Shown: positions 19,571 through 28,740 of the stretch, one piece after another
Layout of the letters: every line of letters starts with the position of its first letter
How positions within the stretch are numbered: the first letter of the stretch is position 1
NCBI GenBank assembly: GCA_963771465.1
Contig: CAVYTU010000015.1
Span: 1,056,001-1,120,000 of the forward strand
Source of the DNA: an uncultured delta proteobacterium
Lineage (GTDB): Bacteria > Desulfobacterota > Binatia > UBA9968
Length of the DNA stretch: 64,000 bases
Direction of reading: 5' to 3'
Program-made: the position numbers and the translations under genes
Notes under the pieces: model-generated
What the model saw: the letters and a program-made list of their open reading frames with translations, nothing else
The model's database searches: none
Told to the model about the DNA's origin: nothing

Positions 19571-20782
19571 ATGCGCAGCGAAACCGAACGCAAAATGAAA
19601 CGCTGGCGCGAGCAGCGCTGGATATTGGATCAAGTCATTCAAACCCGCGGCATCGACTGGGATCAGGCCCGGACCGGAAAAATCATCCGCAACTGCGGCC
19701 CCGGCGTCGAAAAGGATCTCGCAGAAGTTTGTAGCCGCATCAAGAAATTCGTCGACATCCCACGCGAATTCTCCCTCGCCGCCGCGCGCCGCGAAGAGCA
19801 AGGACGCGCTGCTGAAGCCGCTGGCAAATTGACCGACGCGCGCGGTCACTATTACGTCGCCTCGTGTTTTTATACCAATGCCATGTGGGCGATCTACGAA
19901 GACGGCAACTCACAGCGTATCGAATGGCAAGAGCGCAAGCGCGCTACCTATGACAAATTCATGCAATACGCGGGAAGGTCGATTGAGCGGGTCGAGCTGC
20001 CCTATGACGGCAAGAAAATTCACGCACTGCTGCACTTGCCTCCCAATCGCAAATCTGGCGAAAAAGTTCCCTGCGTCATGTACATCCCCGGCATGGACGG
20101 CGTCAAAGAAGATCACCCGGCGAGCGGCGATCCGTTCATCGAGCGCGGCTTCGCGCTCTTATCAATCGACTGTCCCGGCCAAGGCGAGACGCGCGAAGGC
20201 GGTATCAAATGCACCGCGGCAAACGTCGAAGAGGCCGGCAAACTTGCCGCGGATTATTTAGTCCGGCGAAATGAAATTGATGCCGATCGGCTCGGCGTCA
20301 TGGCGTCGAGCATGGGCTCCTACTGGGCGCCGCGCGTGGTCGCCGCGGAAAAGCGTTTCAAAGCCTGCGCCGTCAGCGGTGTCTGCATGGAACCGGGCCA
20401 GTTCGCGATCTTCAATATGTCGTCGCCGACGTTCAAGCTCAATTACATGTACATGTCCGGCTACGACGACGAAGCGGCGTTCGACGAATTCTGCAAGTCG
20501 CTGTCGCTTGAGGGTGTAACGGCAAAGATCACTTGTCCTTACATGGTTGTCGCCGGTGAAGACGACGAACATTGCGATATGAAGTTCGTTTATAAATTAA
20601 TGGGCGAAGCGCCCGCGCCCAAACTGCTCTACGTTTTCGAAGGCGAACGCCACTCGATCAGGAATCCCAAAGCCCGCCCGCTGGTCGTCAACTGGTTGAT
20701 CGACACCTTGCTCGGCAAGCCGTTCAAGTCGGAAATCATCCGCATCGAAACCAGCGGCAAGGAAACCCATCGGGAGTGGTGA
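19571..20782 (+). CDS. alpha/beta-hydrolase (DUF1100/FrsA or 2,6-dihydropseudooxynicotine-hydrolase-like)
   Basis: IPGMDGVKE, IDCPGQGE, nucleophile elbow ASSMGSYW, C-terminal Asp and His (GEDD, ERH). Confidence 0.8.
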   Translation: MRSETERKMKRWREQRWILDQVIQTRGIDWDQARTGKIIRNCGPGVEKDLAEVCSRIKKFVDIPREFSLAAARREEQGRAAEAAGKLTDARGHYYVASCFYTNAMWAIYEDGNSQRIEWQERKRATYDKFMQYAGRSIERVELPYDGKKIHALLHLPPNRKSGEKVPCVMYIPGMDGVKEDHPASGDPFIERGFALLSIDCPGQGETREGGIKCTAANVEEAGKLAADYLVRRNEIDADRLGVMASSMGSYWAPRVVAAEKRFKACAVSGVCMEPGQFAIFNMSSPTFKLNYMYMSGYDDEAAFDEFCKSLSLEGVTAKITCPYMVVAGEDDEHCDMKFVYKLMGEAPAPKLLYVFEGERHSIRNPKARPLVVNWLIDTLLGKPFKSEIIRIETSGKETHREW

Positions 20783-20784
20783 GG

Positions 20785-20863
20785 GTCGTGATCGTGTTCG
20801 TGTTTCGTGATCGTCCGGATTCCGAACACCAGCCACGAACACGAGTCTGATCACGAACACGAC
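20785..20863. repeat. REP-like imperfect inverted repeat built from TCGTG(T/A)/CACGA short units
   Basis: gtcgtgatcgtgttcgtgtttcgtgatcgt ... cacgaacacgagtctgatcacgaacacgac between the hydrolase gene and larC. Confidence 0.6.
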
Positions 20864-22027
20864 ATGCGAATAGCCTACGGAGACATCATCGGCGGCGTTA
20901 GCGGCGATATGTTCGTTGCGGCGCTCATCGATCTCGGCGTGCCGCTCAGCAAGCTTAAGGTCGAACTTAGAAAAATTCCCACGCTCAAGTTCGAACTGAA
21001 AGCTTCAAAGAAACTCGTTCACGCCGTCCGCGCCGCCCAGTTCCAGGTCATCTGTCCCAGAAACGAAGCGCCGCGCGCGTGGAAAGATATTCGCCGCTTG
21101 ATCGATCGCAGCCAACTGAATCCACAAGTCAAAGCAACTGGCACTAAGATATTCGCCGCGCTGGCCGAAGCCGAAGCGAAGATCCACGGCGTTGCCATCG
21201 ACAAAGTTCATTTTCACGAAGTCGGCGCAACGGATTCCATCGTCGATATCATGGCGGCAGCCATCGGCATCAGAGAACTTGGCATCGACGCGCTGTACTT
21301 TTCGCGTATTCCCCTAAGTCGTGGTGTCACGCGCTCCATGCACGGGACGATACCTATTCCCGGCCCAGCGACGTTGGAATTGCTTAAAGGATGTCCCGTA
21401 TTCGGTGTCGACGTTGACGGTGAAACCGTCACGCCCACCGGCGCGGCGATCGTCAGGACGCTAGGCGCAGGTTTTGGCGATCCGCCGCGAATGACTGTCG
21501 AAAAGATCGGCTACGGCAGCGGCCAGAAAGAGTTTCGCCATCGCCCCAATCTCTTTCGCCTCATCGTCGGTGCTAGCGCCATGGGCCTCAAGCAGGAAGA
21601 CATGCTCGTCATCGAAACCAACATCGACGACATGAACCCACAGTATTTCGATCACATCATGGAGCGGCTGTTCGCCACCGGTGCGCGCGATGTGTTTCTC
21701 ACGCCGATTCAGATGAAAAAAAATCGTCTTGCGACGTTGCTCACCGTGATCTGCGCGCCGGCGCGGCGCGATCCGCTGGTTGAAATCATACTACAAGAAA
21801 CCACTAGCATCGGCGTTCGCCACTATCCGGTGCAGCGATCGATCCTCAAGCGCGAGAGCCAAAAAGTGAAAACTCGCTACGGCGAGGTAACCGTGAAAAT
21901 CGTCGAACAGCCGGACGGCACAAAGCGCGCGACACCGGAGTATGACGACCTCAAACGAATTGCCGCGGCGAAAAACGTCACGCTGAAAACGATTCACGAC
22001 GAAACCATGAGGAATCTCAAAAAGTAA
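20864..22027 (+). CDS. larC: nickel-pincer cofactor biosynthesis protein LarC
   Basis: GGVSGDMFVAAL, VHFHEVGATDSIVD, HGTIPIPGPAT, TPTGAA, IETNIDDMNP, PIQMKKNR. Start at ATG 20864 preferred over GTG 20807. Confidence 0.92.
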   Translation: MRIAYGDIIGGVSGDMFVAALIDLGVPLSKLKVELRKIPTLKFELKASKKLVHAVRAAQFQVICPRNEAPRAWKDIRRLIDRSQLNPQVKATGTKIFAALAEAEAKIHGVAIDKVHFHEVGATDSIVDIMAAAIGIRELGIDALYFSRIPLSRGVTRSMHGTIPIPGPATLELLKGCPVFGVDVDGETVTPTGAAIVRTLGAGFGDPPRMTVEKIGYGSGQKEFRHRPNLFRLIVGASAMGLKQEDMLVIETNIDDMNPQYFDHIMERLFATGARDVFLTPIQMKKNRLATLLTVICAPARRDPLVEIILQETTSIGVRHYPVQRSILKRESQKVKTRYGEVTVKIVEQPDGTKRATPEYDDLKRIAAAKNVTLKTIHDETMRNLKK

Positions 22028-22288
22028 ACGGCGCGCGCCCAGATTATTCATACTACGAGGATATCTGGCGACACTCTGTTGATCGAGGTGTGACCTGGAG
22101 GAACGAAGGCACCGACGCGAATGGTTCATTTTGTGCTCGGCGCTCGGCACGATGTTTAACCGTTTCGCTGTCTCAAAAGCAACTGGCCCCGATGGCATCT
22201 TCAGGGCACAACTACTTTGCCTTCGTTCCGGAAGGGTTACGCCTCGATCGCAGTTTAACCGCAAATAATTCGAGCCAGATTTCTCATC

Positions 22289-23551
22289 ATGTCCGAAGAG
22301 CAACCTGACAATCGCGGCGAGCTAGCGCGCCAACTGCCGTGGGCCTCGCTCCATTTCCGCCAGTATAATTATCTCTTCGTGCTCACGCTCTTTGTCACCA
22401 TCGCGCAACAGATGCGTCAAGCGCAGATTTTCTATCAAGTCTACGATCTCTCCGGCTCGGCGTTCCAGCTTGGCATGACGGGCGTCGCCCAGGGCTTGCC
22501 GATCTTTGTCTTCGGTCTGTTCGGTGGCGCGCTGGCCGACTTCATGGACCGTAAGCAAATCATTTTGATCACGACACTGGGGAATTGGCTGGTCGCCGCC
22601 GCTCTCGGCATCTTGACCCTGAGCGGTCTGATTCAAGTCTGGCATATCCAGCTCGGCATGGCGCTGACATCGACAGTGAATATCGTGCTGACGCCGACAC
22701 GCATGTCGATCATTTCCTTTCTCGTCCCACGCACACATCTGACCAACGCCATTTCGCTCAACTCGGCGGTGTCGCAGTGCTCGCATTTCATCGGCCCCAT
22801 GCTCGGCGGCCTGAGTTTGGCTTGGATGGGCACGGGAAACGCCTATCTTTTTAATGCGCTCTTCTATGTTCCCGCCGTCATCGCGATCGCCTTTTTGAGA
22901 ATCCCACCCATCGCTGGCAAGCTGCCGGAAAAATTTTCACTCGCCAGCATGCTCGGCGGATTTAAATTTCTCTTCTCCGAGCCGCTGGTTTTCGCCATGG
23001 TGATTTTGGACTTCGTGGTCACCGGTTTTGGCTATTTCCGCCCGCTGCTGCCGGTCTTCGCCAAGGACATTCTTTTTGTCGGTCCGGCTGGTTTCGGACT
23101 GTTGTCGTCCGCACCGGCCATCGGCGGCGTCATCGGCACGGTTATCCTGCTCGTTATCGGCGACGTAAAAAGTAAGGGCTTGCTAGTGCTGTGGTCGTTT
23201 CTCGCTTACGCGGGAGCCGTCGGAGTGTTTGCGGTGTCGACAAATTTTTTGCTGTCGCTGGTGCTGCTCGCCATCACCGGCTTGGCCAACTCGCTTCAAG
23301 CCGTCATGCGCCAGACCACGTTTCATCTTTTCACGCCGGATCAAGTGCGAGGCCGCGCCTTCGCCGTGTTTCACATGTTTTCCCAAGGCGCCAACGGATT
23401 CGGCGCCACCGAGATCGGCTTCGTCGCCGCCCTGCTTGGCGCCCCCGGTGCGCTGCTCTTCGGCTGCGCCGTCAGCTCGCTGCTCACTTTAGGCTGTTGG
23501 GTGGGGATGCCGGGACTGAGAAAATTTGGCACCGAGAATCACCGCCGATGA
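22289..23551 (+). CDS. MFS transporter (MFS_3/EntS-like)
   Basis: About 12 hydrophobic segments; GGALADFMDRK, TPDQVRGR. Confidence 0.88.
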   Translation: MSEEQPDNRGELARQLPWASLHFRQYNYLFVLTLFVTIAQQMRQAQIFYQVYDLSGSAFQLGMTGVAQGLPIFVFGLFGGALADFMDRKQIILITTLGNWLVAAALGILTLSGLIQVWHIQLGMALTSTVNIVLTPTRMSIISFLVPRTHLTNAISLNSAVSQCSHFIGPMLGGLSLAWMGTGNAYLFNALFYVPAVIAIAFLRIPPIAGKLPEKFSLASMLGGFKFLFSEPLVFAMVILDFVVTGFGYFRPLLPVFAKDILFVGPAGFGLLSSAPAIGGVIGTVILLVIGDVKSKGLLVLWSFLAYAGAVGVFAVSTNFLLSLVLLAITGLANSLQAVMRQTTFHLFTPDQVRGRAFAVFHMFSQGANGFGATEIGFVAALLGAPGALLFGCAVSSLLTLGCWVGMPGLRKFGTENHRR

Positions 23552-23689
23552 TCGCCGGCTGATTATCCCGGATTGGGCAACTGAAGTTAAAATTTAGGTC
23601 GAGCGAGGTGTGAGCCTGGAGTCGCGCAGGCACCCAACGGTAATGTTGCAAAGTTCATTTTGGAAGTTGGCAAGCCATTACATAGCACC

Positions 23690-23835
23690 TGATCTTTGGC
23701 CACCGCGATTTGGGCCGGCAGAAACGCATAGCTCCGGCTGCCGTAGGAAATAATGACTTTGTCCGCCGTCGCGACCACATTGGCAGCGAGAAGAAACGCC
23801 AGCGCGACAAGCGTGAAAATTGTTCTTCGGTTTAT
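23690..23835 (-). pseudogene. 5' remnant of an NMT1-type solute-binding protein gene
   Basis: Signal-peptide-like INRRTIFTLVALAFLLAANVVATA then DKVIISYGSRSYAFLPAQIAVAK, resembling SBP N-termini; similarity then stops; first codon ATA overlaps the bioD stop. Confidence 0.5.
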
Positions 23836-24530
23836 CGTTGCAGCACCCAATCGATCAATCGCAGATCGAGCTCCGTTTCAAGTAACTCCTGCCCATCACC
23901 CTGACTCACAAACGGTATCTCACCTAGACAAGGAACCCCAGTCATGCCCGCAATCACCTCGCGATTGGTTTCCGCGGCAAGCGAAGCTTCGTGCGTGGCA
24001 CGATTCAGAACGTAGCCAACCATGCGCAGCCCCCTGCAGCTCGCGTGCTCAAGCGTCAGCAACAGATGGTTGATCACACCCAACTTATTCGCCGCCACCA
24101 CGATCAAAGGCAATTTCGCTACGCGCGCGTAGTCGGCGAAGGTAAAACTCGGCACCAGGGGCACCATCAAACCGCCGGCGCCTTCGACGAGAGTAATATC
24201 ATGCTTGGCGCTAATTTCTCGGTAAACCGTCAGCAGATGATCGACATCGATCTTCACGCCGGCGCGCTCCGCCGCGACGCTCGGCGCGAGCGGTTCGGGA
24301 AAAAGGTACGGGCAAATGATTTCAATCGGTTCGGCACAACCGGACGCCGACTTTAAGCGCCAGCCATCCTCTGGAAACAATTTCCCATCTTTTTCCACAC
24401 AACCGGTTTCCGCCGGCTTCATGACGCCGACTTTGTAACCGGCCGATTTCAGCAACACCGCCAGCGCGCAGGCAAAAAAAGTCTTGCCGACGCCGGTATC
24501 CGTGCCAGTAATGAAAATCCCTGTGCCCAT
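23832..24530 (-). CDS. bioD: dethiobiotin synthase
   Basis: FITGTDTGVGKT, KPAETG, VEGAGGLMVP, LGVINH. Confidence 0.96.
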   Translation of the reverse strand: MGTGIFITGTDTGVGKTFFACALAVLLKSAGYKVGVMKPAETGCVEKDGKLFPEDGWRLKSASGCAEPIEIICPYLFPEPLAPSVAAERAGVKIDVDHLLTVYREISAKHDITLVEGAGGLMVPLVPSFTFADYARVAKLPLIVVAANKLGVINHLLLTLEHASCRGLRMVGYVLNRATHEASLAAETNREVIAGMTGVPCLGEIPFVSQGDGQELLETELDLRLIDWVLQR

Positions 24531-25888
24531 TAGCTCCCCGTCACGGTAAGAATACTGTCGAAAACGACATCGAGCAGAATCGCGAGCTCGTTCTGCGTCA
24601 TACTCAACGGCGGCATTAGAATGACGACATCACCCAACGGGCGAATCATCACGCCGCGCTTGCGCGCCGCCAGAATCACCTGGTGGCCCGTTCGTTTCTC
24701 CGGTGCATAGTTCTTGCGCCCGGCGCGGTCTTGCGCCAGCTCGATGCCGATCATGTAACCCCACTGGCGTACGTCGCTCACATGGCGCAGCGCGAGAAAT
24801 TTATCGCCCAGCCGTTTTTGTAGATAAACAATATGCGGCTGCATGTTCTCGATGACGTTGTCCCGGTGGAATATTTCCAGGTTGGCGATCGCCGCGGCGC
24901 AACCGAGCGGATTGCCCGTGTAGGTGTGGCCGTGGAAAAACGTCTTAAACTCTCGGTACTCGCCGAGGAATGCAGAGAAAATCTCTTCGCTGGTCAGCGT
25001 CGCCGCCAGCGGCAGATAGCCGCCGGTGATACCTTTGGCCAGGCACAGAATGTCCGGCGTCACGCCGTCGTGTTCGCAGGCAAACATTTTGCCCGTGCGG
25101 CCAAAGCCGGTGGCGACTTCGTCGACAATAAAAAGGATACTATTGCGCCGGCAGATTTCGCTGAGCGCCTTCACATAACCCACCGGCTGCGACCACATTC
25201 CCGCCGCGCCTTGCATCAGCGGCTCCATGATAAAAGCGGCAACGGTGTTGTTATGCGCACTCAGAGTTTCATCGGCCTCTTTGATCGCGGCCTGAAGCGC
25301 GTCGGCTTCGCTCATTTGCTGGTAATAGCGAAACACATGCGGCGGCGTGATTCTTAACACGGGAAACAGCAGGCTTTTGTGGAAACGATGAAAAGTTTCG
25401 GAATAGCCAATGCTCATCGAACCGACGGTATCGCCATGATAGGACTCGGACAGCGAGGCGATTTGCGTGCGCTTCTCCTCGCCCTTGAGCTGCCAATACT
25501 GCACCGCCATTTTGAGCGCGATCTCCACCGCCGTCGCGCCGCTGTCGGAATAAAAAACCCGCTGCAACCCCTGCGGCGCGATTTCGATCAGCTTTTGCGC
25601 CAGCTCAATTCCCGGCACATGGCTTAGACCCAGAAAAGTCGAATGCGCGATGCGGTCGAGCTGATCTTTGATCGCGTCGTCAAGTTCCCTTTTGCCGTGA
25701 CCATGAACGTTACACCAGAGCGACGACACGCCGTCGAGATATTTTCTACCTTGATCGTCGATCAAATAGTGACCATCGCCGCGGCTGATGATCACCGGAT
25801 CTTCGCCCATCCACTCCTGCATCTGCGTGAACGGATGCCAAAGGTAGCGATGATCCAGTTGCTTTAGCTTGTCATGAAGAGTCGTCAT
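24530..25888 (-). CDS. bioA: adenosylmethionine-8-amino-7-oxononanoate aminotransferase
   Basis: WHPFTQM, YHGDT, DEVATGFGRTG, AKGITGGYLPLAA, HGHTYTGNPL. Confidence 0.96.
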   Translation of the reverse strand: MTTLHDKLKQLDHRYLWHPFTQMQEWMGEDPVIISRGDGHYLIDDQGRKYLDGVSSLWCNVHGHGKRELDDAIKDQLDRIAHSTFLGLSHVPGIELAQKLIEIAPQGLQRVFYSDSGATAVEIALKMAVQYWQLKGEEKRTQIASLSESYHGDTVGSMSIGYSETFHRFHKSLLFPVLRITPPHVFRYYQQMSEADALQAAIKEADETLSAHNNTVAAFIMEPLMQGAAGMWSQPVGYVKALSEICRRNSILFIVDEVATGFGRTGKMFACEHDGVTPDILCLAKGITGGYLPLAATLTSEEIFSAFLGEYREFKTFFHGHTYTGNPLGCAAAIANLEIFHRDNVIENMQPHIVYLQKRLGDKFLALRHVSDVRQWGYMIGIELAQDRAGRKNYAPEKRTGHQVILAARKRGVMIRPLGDVVILMPPLSMTQNELAILLDVVFDSILTVTGS

Positions 25889-27048
25889 GCTTGTGCTTTA
25901 ACTTCCTCGAATACCTTCAACGCGCGCTCGATCTGTGCCGCCGTGTGCGTTGCCATCAGGGTAATTCTCAAGCGCGATGTGCCCGGCGGCACCGTCGGCG
26001 GGCGAATCCCCTGGGCAAAGACGCCGTTGGCGAGCAGCTGCTCGGAAAACTTCATGCATTTCCCTGCATCACCGATGATGAGTGGAAGAATCGGACTTTC
26101 ACTTGCTCCCGACTCAAAGCCCAACTGATTTAATCCCTGCTTTAACTGTCGGCAGTTTCGCCACAACGCAGCGCGCCGCTCCGGTTCTTTCTTAACCAAA
26201 TCGATCGCCGCTAGCGCCATCGCCATCACCGCCGGCGGCAACGAGGTAGTGAAAATAAAACTGCGGCAGCGGTTGATCAGCAAATCGCGCAAAGCGGCGC
26301 TGCCGGCGACGTAGGCGCCGAAGCCACCGAGCGCTTTACCCAACGTGCCCATTTGAATCGCTACGCGTTCGCTCAAACCCAGCTTGGCCACTATACCGGC
26401 GCCGGTGGCGCCGAAGATGCCGGTGGCGTGGGCTTCGTCGACCATCACCATGGCGTCGAATTTTTCCGCCAGCTCGACGATGTCGGTGAGCGGTGCTTGG
26501 TCGCCGTCCATGCTAAAGATCGTTTCGGTGACGATTAGCTTGCGCGCGCTGCTCGGCGCGTCTTTTAATTGCAGCTCCAATTGACCGAGATCGCAGTGGC
26601 TGTAAACTTGTGTCTTGGCGCGTGACAAGCGGCAGCCGTCGATGATGCTGGCGTGATTGAGCGCGTCGCTGAAAATCACATCGCCGTCGCCGGCTAGCGT
26701 CGAAAGAATGCCTGTGTTGGCTTGGAAACCGGAGTTAAAAACCAGCGCCGCCGGGGTGCCCTTGAACTCGGCGAGCTTGGTTTCCAACTCTTCGTGCAGC
26801 GCCATGTTGCCGGAGATCAGGCGCGACGCACCCGCGCCGCAGCCGTAACGATCGATCGCGGCTTTTGCCGCGGCGGCCAGGGCCGGATGATTGGCGATGC
26901 CAAGATAATTGTTCGATGAGAAATTGATCACCGCGCGGCCGTCGAGCGTGAGCGTGGCATCCTGATCGCTGTCGACGCGGCGCAAGCGGCGGTAAAGACC
27001 GGCGTCTTTGATCGACTGCAATTCTGAATCGATGAAGCTGACCGACAT
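25885..27048 (-). CDS. bioF: 8-amino-7-oxononanoate synthase
   Basis: SSNNYLG, NHASIIDG, VDEAHATG, GTLGKALG, IRPPTVP. Confidence 0.95.
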   Translation of the reverse strand: MSVSFIDSELQSIKDAGLYRRLRRVDSDQDATLTLDGRAVINFSSNNYLGIANHPALAAAAKAAIDRYGCGAGASRLISGNMALHEELETKLAEFKGTPAALVFNSGFQANTGILSTLAGDGDVIFSDALNHASIIDGCRLSRAKTQVYSHCDLGQLELQLKDAPSSARKLIVTETIFSMDGDQAPLTDIVELAEKFDAMVMVDEAHATGIFGATGAGIVAKLGLSERVAIQMGTLGKALGGFGAYVAGSAALRDLLINRCRSFIFTTSLPPAVMAMALAAIDLVKKEPERRAALWRNCRQLKQGLNQLGFESGASESPILPLIIGDAGKCMKFSEQLLANGVFAQGIRPPTVPPGTSRLRITLMATHTAAQIERALKVFEEVKAQA

Positions 27049-27124
27049 TAGAGTAGAAATTATTACATCAATGGTTCAATTACCAACCTAGCCATTTTCG
27101 CAATTTTCCTGCTATAGAACTCTC

Positions 27125-28486
27125 ATGGCCAAAGCGAAATCCATCTACGCCTGCCAGAGTTGTGGCTATCAGTCGGCCAAATGGCTCGGCAAATGTCCCG
27201 ACTGCAACCAGTGGAATACCTTCGCCGAGGAGCGATTTGAAAAAGCGACATCGCCGCGCGGCGAGTTGAGCCTGGGCAGCAAAGAAGATCCGGCGCCGAT
27301 CCATGAGATCAACACCGCTGAAGAAGGCCGGGTTCAATGCGGCATCGGCGAGTTTGACCGCGTACTCGGCGGCGGCCTCGTGCCCGGATCGGTAATACTC
27401 ATCGGCGGTGATCCCGGCATCGGCAAGTCTACGCTTTTGCTCCAAGCGGTTGCTGCGGTGAGCCGGAAAAACCTCACCTGTCTTTACGTCTCCGGCGAAG
27501 AATCCCAACGGCAAATTAAGATGCGCGCCGAACGGCTCGCCATCCAAGCGCCCAACCTGCTCGTGCTGAGTGAAACTTCACTGGAACGAATTCTCGACCA
27601 CGTCAAAACAATTAAACCCGGTCTGCTCGTGATCGATTCCGTCCAAACTTTATTCTCTTCCACAATTCCGTCGGCGCCCGGGAGCATCGCGCAAGTGCGG
27701 GAAACTTCCGGCGCGATCATCGTGCTGGCGAAAAAAACTGGCTTGACGACTTTCTTGATCGGCCACGTGACCAAGGACGGCGCCATCGCCGGGCCGCGCC
27801 TGCTCGAACACATGGTCGACACCGTGCTCTATTTCGAAGGTGAGCGCGGCCACAGCTTTAGAATTCTGCGCGCCGTAAAAAACCGTTTCGGTTCGACCAA
27901 CGAGATCGGCGTGTTTGAAATGAAAGAAGCGGGCCTCGCCGAGGTGACTAACCCATCGGAAATTTTTCTCATGGAGCGGCCGCTGCAAGTGCCCGGTTCA
28001 GCCGTGGTGTGCAGCATGGAAGGCACGCGGCCGATCTTGGTGGAATTGCAAGCTCTGGTTACCCGGTCATTTCTCGCCGTGCCGCGCCGCACCACAATCG
28101 GCGTCGATCACAACCGCGTCGCTCTACTGGTCGCCGTGTTGGAAAAAAAGATGGGCGCCAAACTTTTCGATCAGGATATTTTCGTCAATGTCGCCGGCGG
28201 CGTCCACGTCGATGAACCGGCGGTCGATTTGGGAATCGTCGCCGCCATCGCGTCGAGCAGCCGGGAAGAAGTACTTGACTCGAAAACGGTCATTTTCGGC
28301 GAAGTCGGTCTCGCCGGTGAAATCCGCGGCATTTCCCAAGCCGAGGCGCGGGTCAAAGAAGCCGGCAAACTAGGCTTCGAGCGCTGCGTGCTGCCGTCGA
28401 GCAACTACACGCAACTGAAGCATATCAATCATCCAAAGCTGGTAAGTGTAGGCTCGCTCAGCGAGTGTTGGAAAGTTGTATTCTAA
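27125..28486 (+). CDS. radA: DNA repair protein RadA/Sms
   Basis: CQSCG...CPDC zinc finger, GGDPGIGKST, KNRFG. Confidence 0.97.
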   Translation: MAKAKSIYACQSCGYQSAKWLGKCPDCNQWNTFAEERFEKATSPRGELSLGSKEDPAPIHEINTAEEGRVQCGIGEFDRVLGGGLVPGSVILIGGDPGIGKSTLLLQAVAAVSRKNLTCLYVSGEESQRQIKMRAERLAIQAPNLLVLSETSLERILDHVKTIKPGLLVIDSVQTLFSSTIPSAPGSIAQVRETSGAIIVLAKKTGLTTFLIGHVTKDGAIAGPRLLEHMVDTVLYFEGERGHSFRILRAVKNRFGSTNEIGVFEMKEAGLAEVTNPSEIFLMERPLQVPGSAVVCSMEGTRPILVELQALVTRSFLAVPRRTTIGVDHNRVALLVAVLEKKMGAKLFDQDIFVNVAGGVHVDEPAVDLGIVAAIASSSREEVLDSKTVIFGEVGLAGEIRGISQAEARVKEAGKLGFERCVLPSSNYTQLKHINHPKLVSVGSLSECWKVVF

Positions 28487-28622
28487 GGATCGAGTCTAAA
28501 GCATTGCGCGCTGAGCATCGGCAAAATCTGAACGCAGCACTCATTTCTCAGCACTGATTAACCGCACTCTTGAATCCCGCGCTACTGTCCGTTATCAATA
28601 GGAACGCTCGCCAAACTCGCGT

Positions 28623-28708
28623 GCCGGAGTGGTGGAATGGCAGACGCGCCGGACTCAAAATCCGGTAGGGGCAACCCTGTGCGGGTTCAAGTCCCGCCTC
28701 CGGCACCA
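28623..28708 (+). tRNA. tRNA-Leu (CAA)
   Basis: Acceptor stem GCCGGAG/CTCCGGC with ACCA end; anticodon arm ccgga-CT-CAA-AA-tccgg; long variable arm; GGTTCAAGTCC T-arm. Confidence 0.96.
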
Positions 28709-28740
28709 TAAGCCAATGAGTTCGGTTAAGTCACTTCGCT

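Noticed and set aside
27049-27124. Possible BirA operator between bioF and radA
   Set aside because: No convincing TGTAAAC-N14/15-GTTTACA-type palindrome.
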